DNA of 63,725 nucleotides, counting the filler, from Reclinomonas americana ATCC 50394 (lineage: Eukaryota): NCBI GenBank assembly GCA_048213135.1. It is 20 parts of 20 records of this genome, joined end to end, with 100 filler letters (N's around TTAATTAATTAA, not from the genome) between each part and the next. Parts side by side here need not be neighbours in the genome. Positions count along the whole stretch, not along the records: positions 61,927 to 63,725 come from AFZH01022339.1; 19 more parts are not named here. The stretch is one strand, 5' to 3'. The translations under genes were made by a program, and so were the position numbers. The notes under the pieces were generated by a model, which saw nothing but the letters and a program-made list of their open reading frames with translations, ran no database searches and had not been told where the DNA came from. This document shows, piece after piece, positions 61,927 through 63,725 of this stretch. How positions within the stretch are numbered: the first letter of the stretch is position 1; every line of letters starts with the position of its first letter.

Positions 61927-63725
61927 GCATGCGCTGTAGCACAGACGGGAGGAGCACCGGCCCGGCAACGGCACCGGATGCATCGTCGTCGCCCGCAGGT
62001 CTTCGTGGCAATCCGAATACGCGCAACCGAGCACGCGAGAGCATGTCTTCGAATTCCTCTGGGCCCATGGTCACCGCTGCGTTTTTTTCCCCCCAAGTCT
62101 CAGTGTAAAGAATGCACGACAACACGTAGTATGGAGACTGACCGTCGGGCGGTTCGGTAAACAGGCACTCGATGCCGACTCTTGCGTCCTCGTCCACTCG
62201 GAAAGCATACTTGAACCACAGTTGTGGCTGTTCGGAGGCGTCGGTGGCGCCAACTTGTTCGGGATCTGCATACATGCACATACATGCACAGTGAGACACA
62301 CGACACGGATCCCGTCGACGGGAAGTGAGAGATGTACAGGCACGCAACAAGTAAATGTGGGTGCCGCCGCCTTGGCGCCCTTGCCCGCATCCGCCGCCAC
62401 TCCAAACACGGGGAACGAGAGACACTTGCGGACGAGCGAGAAGCGGCTGTCCAGCAACGCGGTCAAAGAGGAGATCTCCACTTCCAGAGCTCCTTTTTGA
62501 CCGCGGATCGCACTGGCCGCCGGTGCAGCTGCTGCTGCGGCGCCTGGTACGAAAACACTCGTCAACGACAACACCGCAAAAGTACGATGCGCAGCGGTCG
62601 AGTCATGCACGAACCGCGAGCTGCCGGTGCACCCTTGGCCGGTGCCGCCGGTGCCTTGGCGGCCGCAGCTGCAGCGGGAGGTGCGCCGCCTTTCAGCGAC
62701 ACTGACGAATCGCTGGCCTCACTCTGGCTCATCTCCAGCATCGTGTCGTGCGGATCAGGTGTGTACAGTACAGAGAGCTGGTATTCGAGACCGCGCGTGT
62801 CCAGACGCACGGGGAACACATGATTGCTGCTCAATGAAGGTCAGTTGAATAAGGAGCAGAGAATGAGAGGAGAGGTGATTGACGCACCCAGGCGGCACGG
62901 CAAACTGGCATTGAATAGTCGAGTGGCCGACGGCACTGGCCACAAACGTCTTGGCCATTGTCTCCGGATGGTACTCGTCGAGATGCAGCACGGGAACATC
63001 GGCCATTGGTGGCGCCGCACTCGCAGGACCTACAGTCGTCGCAGGTGCATGGATTCAGAATCGGAAGAATACCGATAGCAGAGGAATACAAGTGTCGCAC
63101 TGACCGCGCGATCCAGCAGCTGGCACGATGCGTGAATTGGTGGTAATCAGCAACTCGACGGTGGCTGGGATGGTGCGCTTGTTGCGCACGACTGGTACGA
63201 AACACGCAACACGGTGAGTGCCATAGTTACTCTGCATTCGTCACGCCATACAGACGCAACAGAGTGCGACTTGAGGTTCGCAGTCAGTGTCGCTTCGGTG
63301 CGCCGTCTCCACGTCATTCTTGCTGCATTGTACTAGCCTGCGTTGCTCAAGAGCATTGTCGGCTCCGACTCGCCACGTCATGATTGTTCTGCGGCGGTGA
63401 CGCAAGGTGATGAGCCAGGCGAGAAGAATTCACCACACACTCATGTAGGATCTCCACTTGCCTGAAGAACTTCGGCAACGTCTCCAGCGGCAGCCAATTG
63501 TCGCACACCACACCCACCTCACGCAATCGATCCTGGCGCATGCAGCCAATGCGCTCCTCGAATTCGGCAGTCCACAAGTCGCTGTGACTGTACGCGTAGT
63601 CACCCTCCCAGCTGCACACAAGAGTCAGAAGGTGAAGATGCGTACACTGAAACTGTTCCAAGAAATATCGCAACTGCAAATGTGGACCGCGAATGTTCAC
63701 CAGCGTGCGATCCCCAATGGACGCA
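61927..63725 (-). CDS. Calpain-like (CysPc C-terminal part) protein, probably catalytically degenerate, possibly androglobin-like; partial
   Basis: Splicing out 63674-63612 gives IGDRTLVNIRGPHLHWEGDYAYSHSDLWTAEFEERIG...DNWLPLETLPKFFRQVEILH, paralleling the calpain LRNPWG..W.G.WS....WT...FW.....F..F..V pattern. It is followed by beta-rich segments and K/A/P-rich linkers (AKAPAAPAKGAPAA). Confidence 0.45.

Overview
Intron-rich genomic DNA from a eukaryote, probably unicellular; the species cannot be identified from sequence alone. It is a draft scaffold broken by 19 fixed 100-bp gap linkers (N-TTAATTAATTAA-N). About 11 spliced protein-coding genes can be reconstructed by eye. Confident calls are RICTOR, a ChaC gamma-glutamylcyclotransferase and the 3' half of DDX18/HAS1. 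Likely calls are a HARE-HTH protein, an LRR+ARM (ZER1/ZYG11-like) protein and a calpain-like protein that appears to lack the catalytic Asn. The window also holds a >19 kb modular surface-protein gene (at least 17 Cys-containing Ig/IPT-like repeats and 4 NHL propellers, each apparently nested inside an FN3-like domain), an intron-containing gene with repeats resembling phage/bacterial tail fibres, and three low-complexity hypothetical genes. The most striking signal is window-wide: about 30 inferred introns across most genes start with a +1-shifted donor (GTTGCG/GTTGAG/GTTACG, usually followed by T) instead of GTGCGT/GTGAGT/GTACGT, mostly after a non-G exon end. All exon structures and family assignments come from manual frame joining and motif recognition, not database searches.
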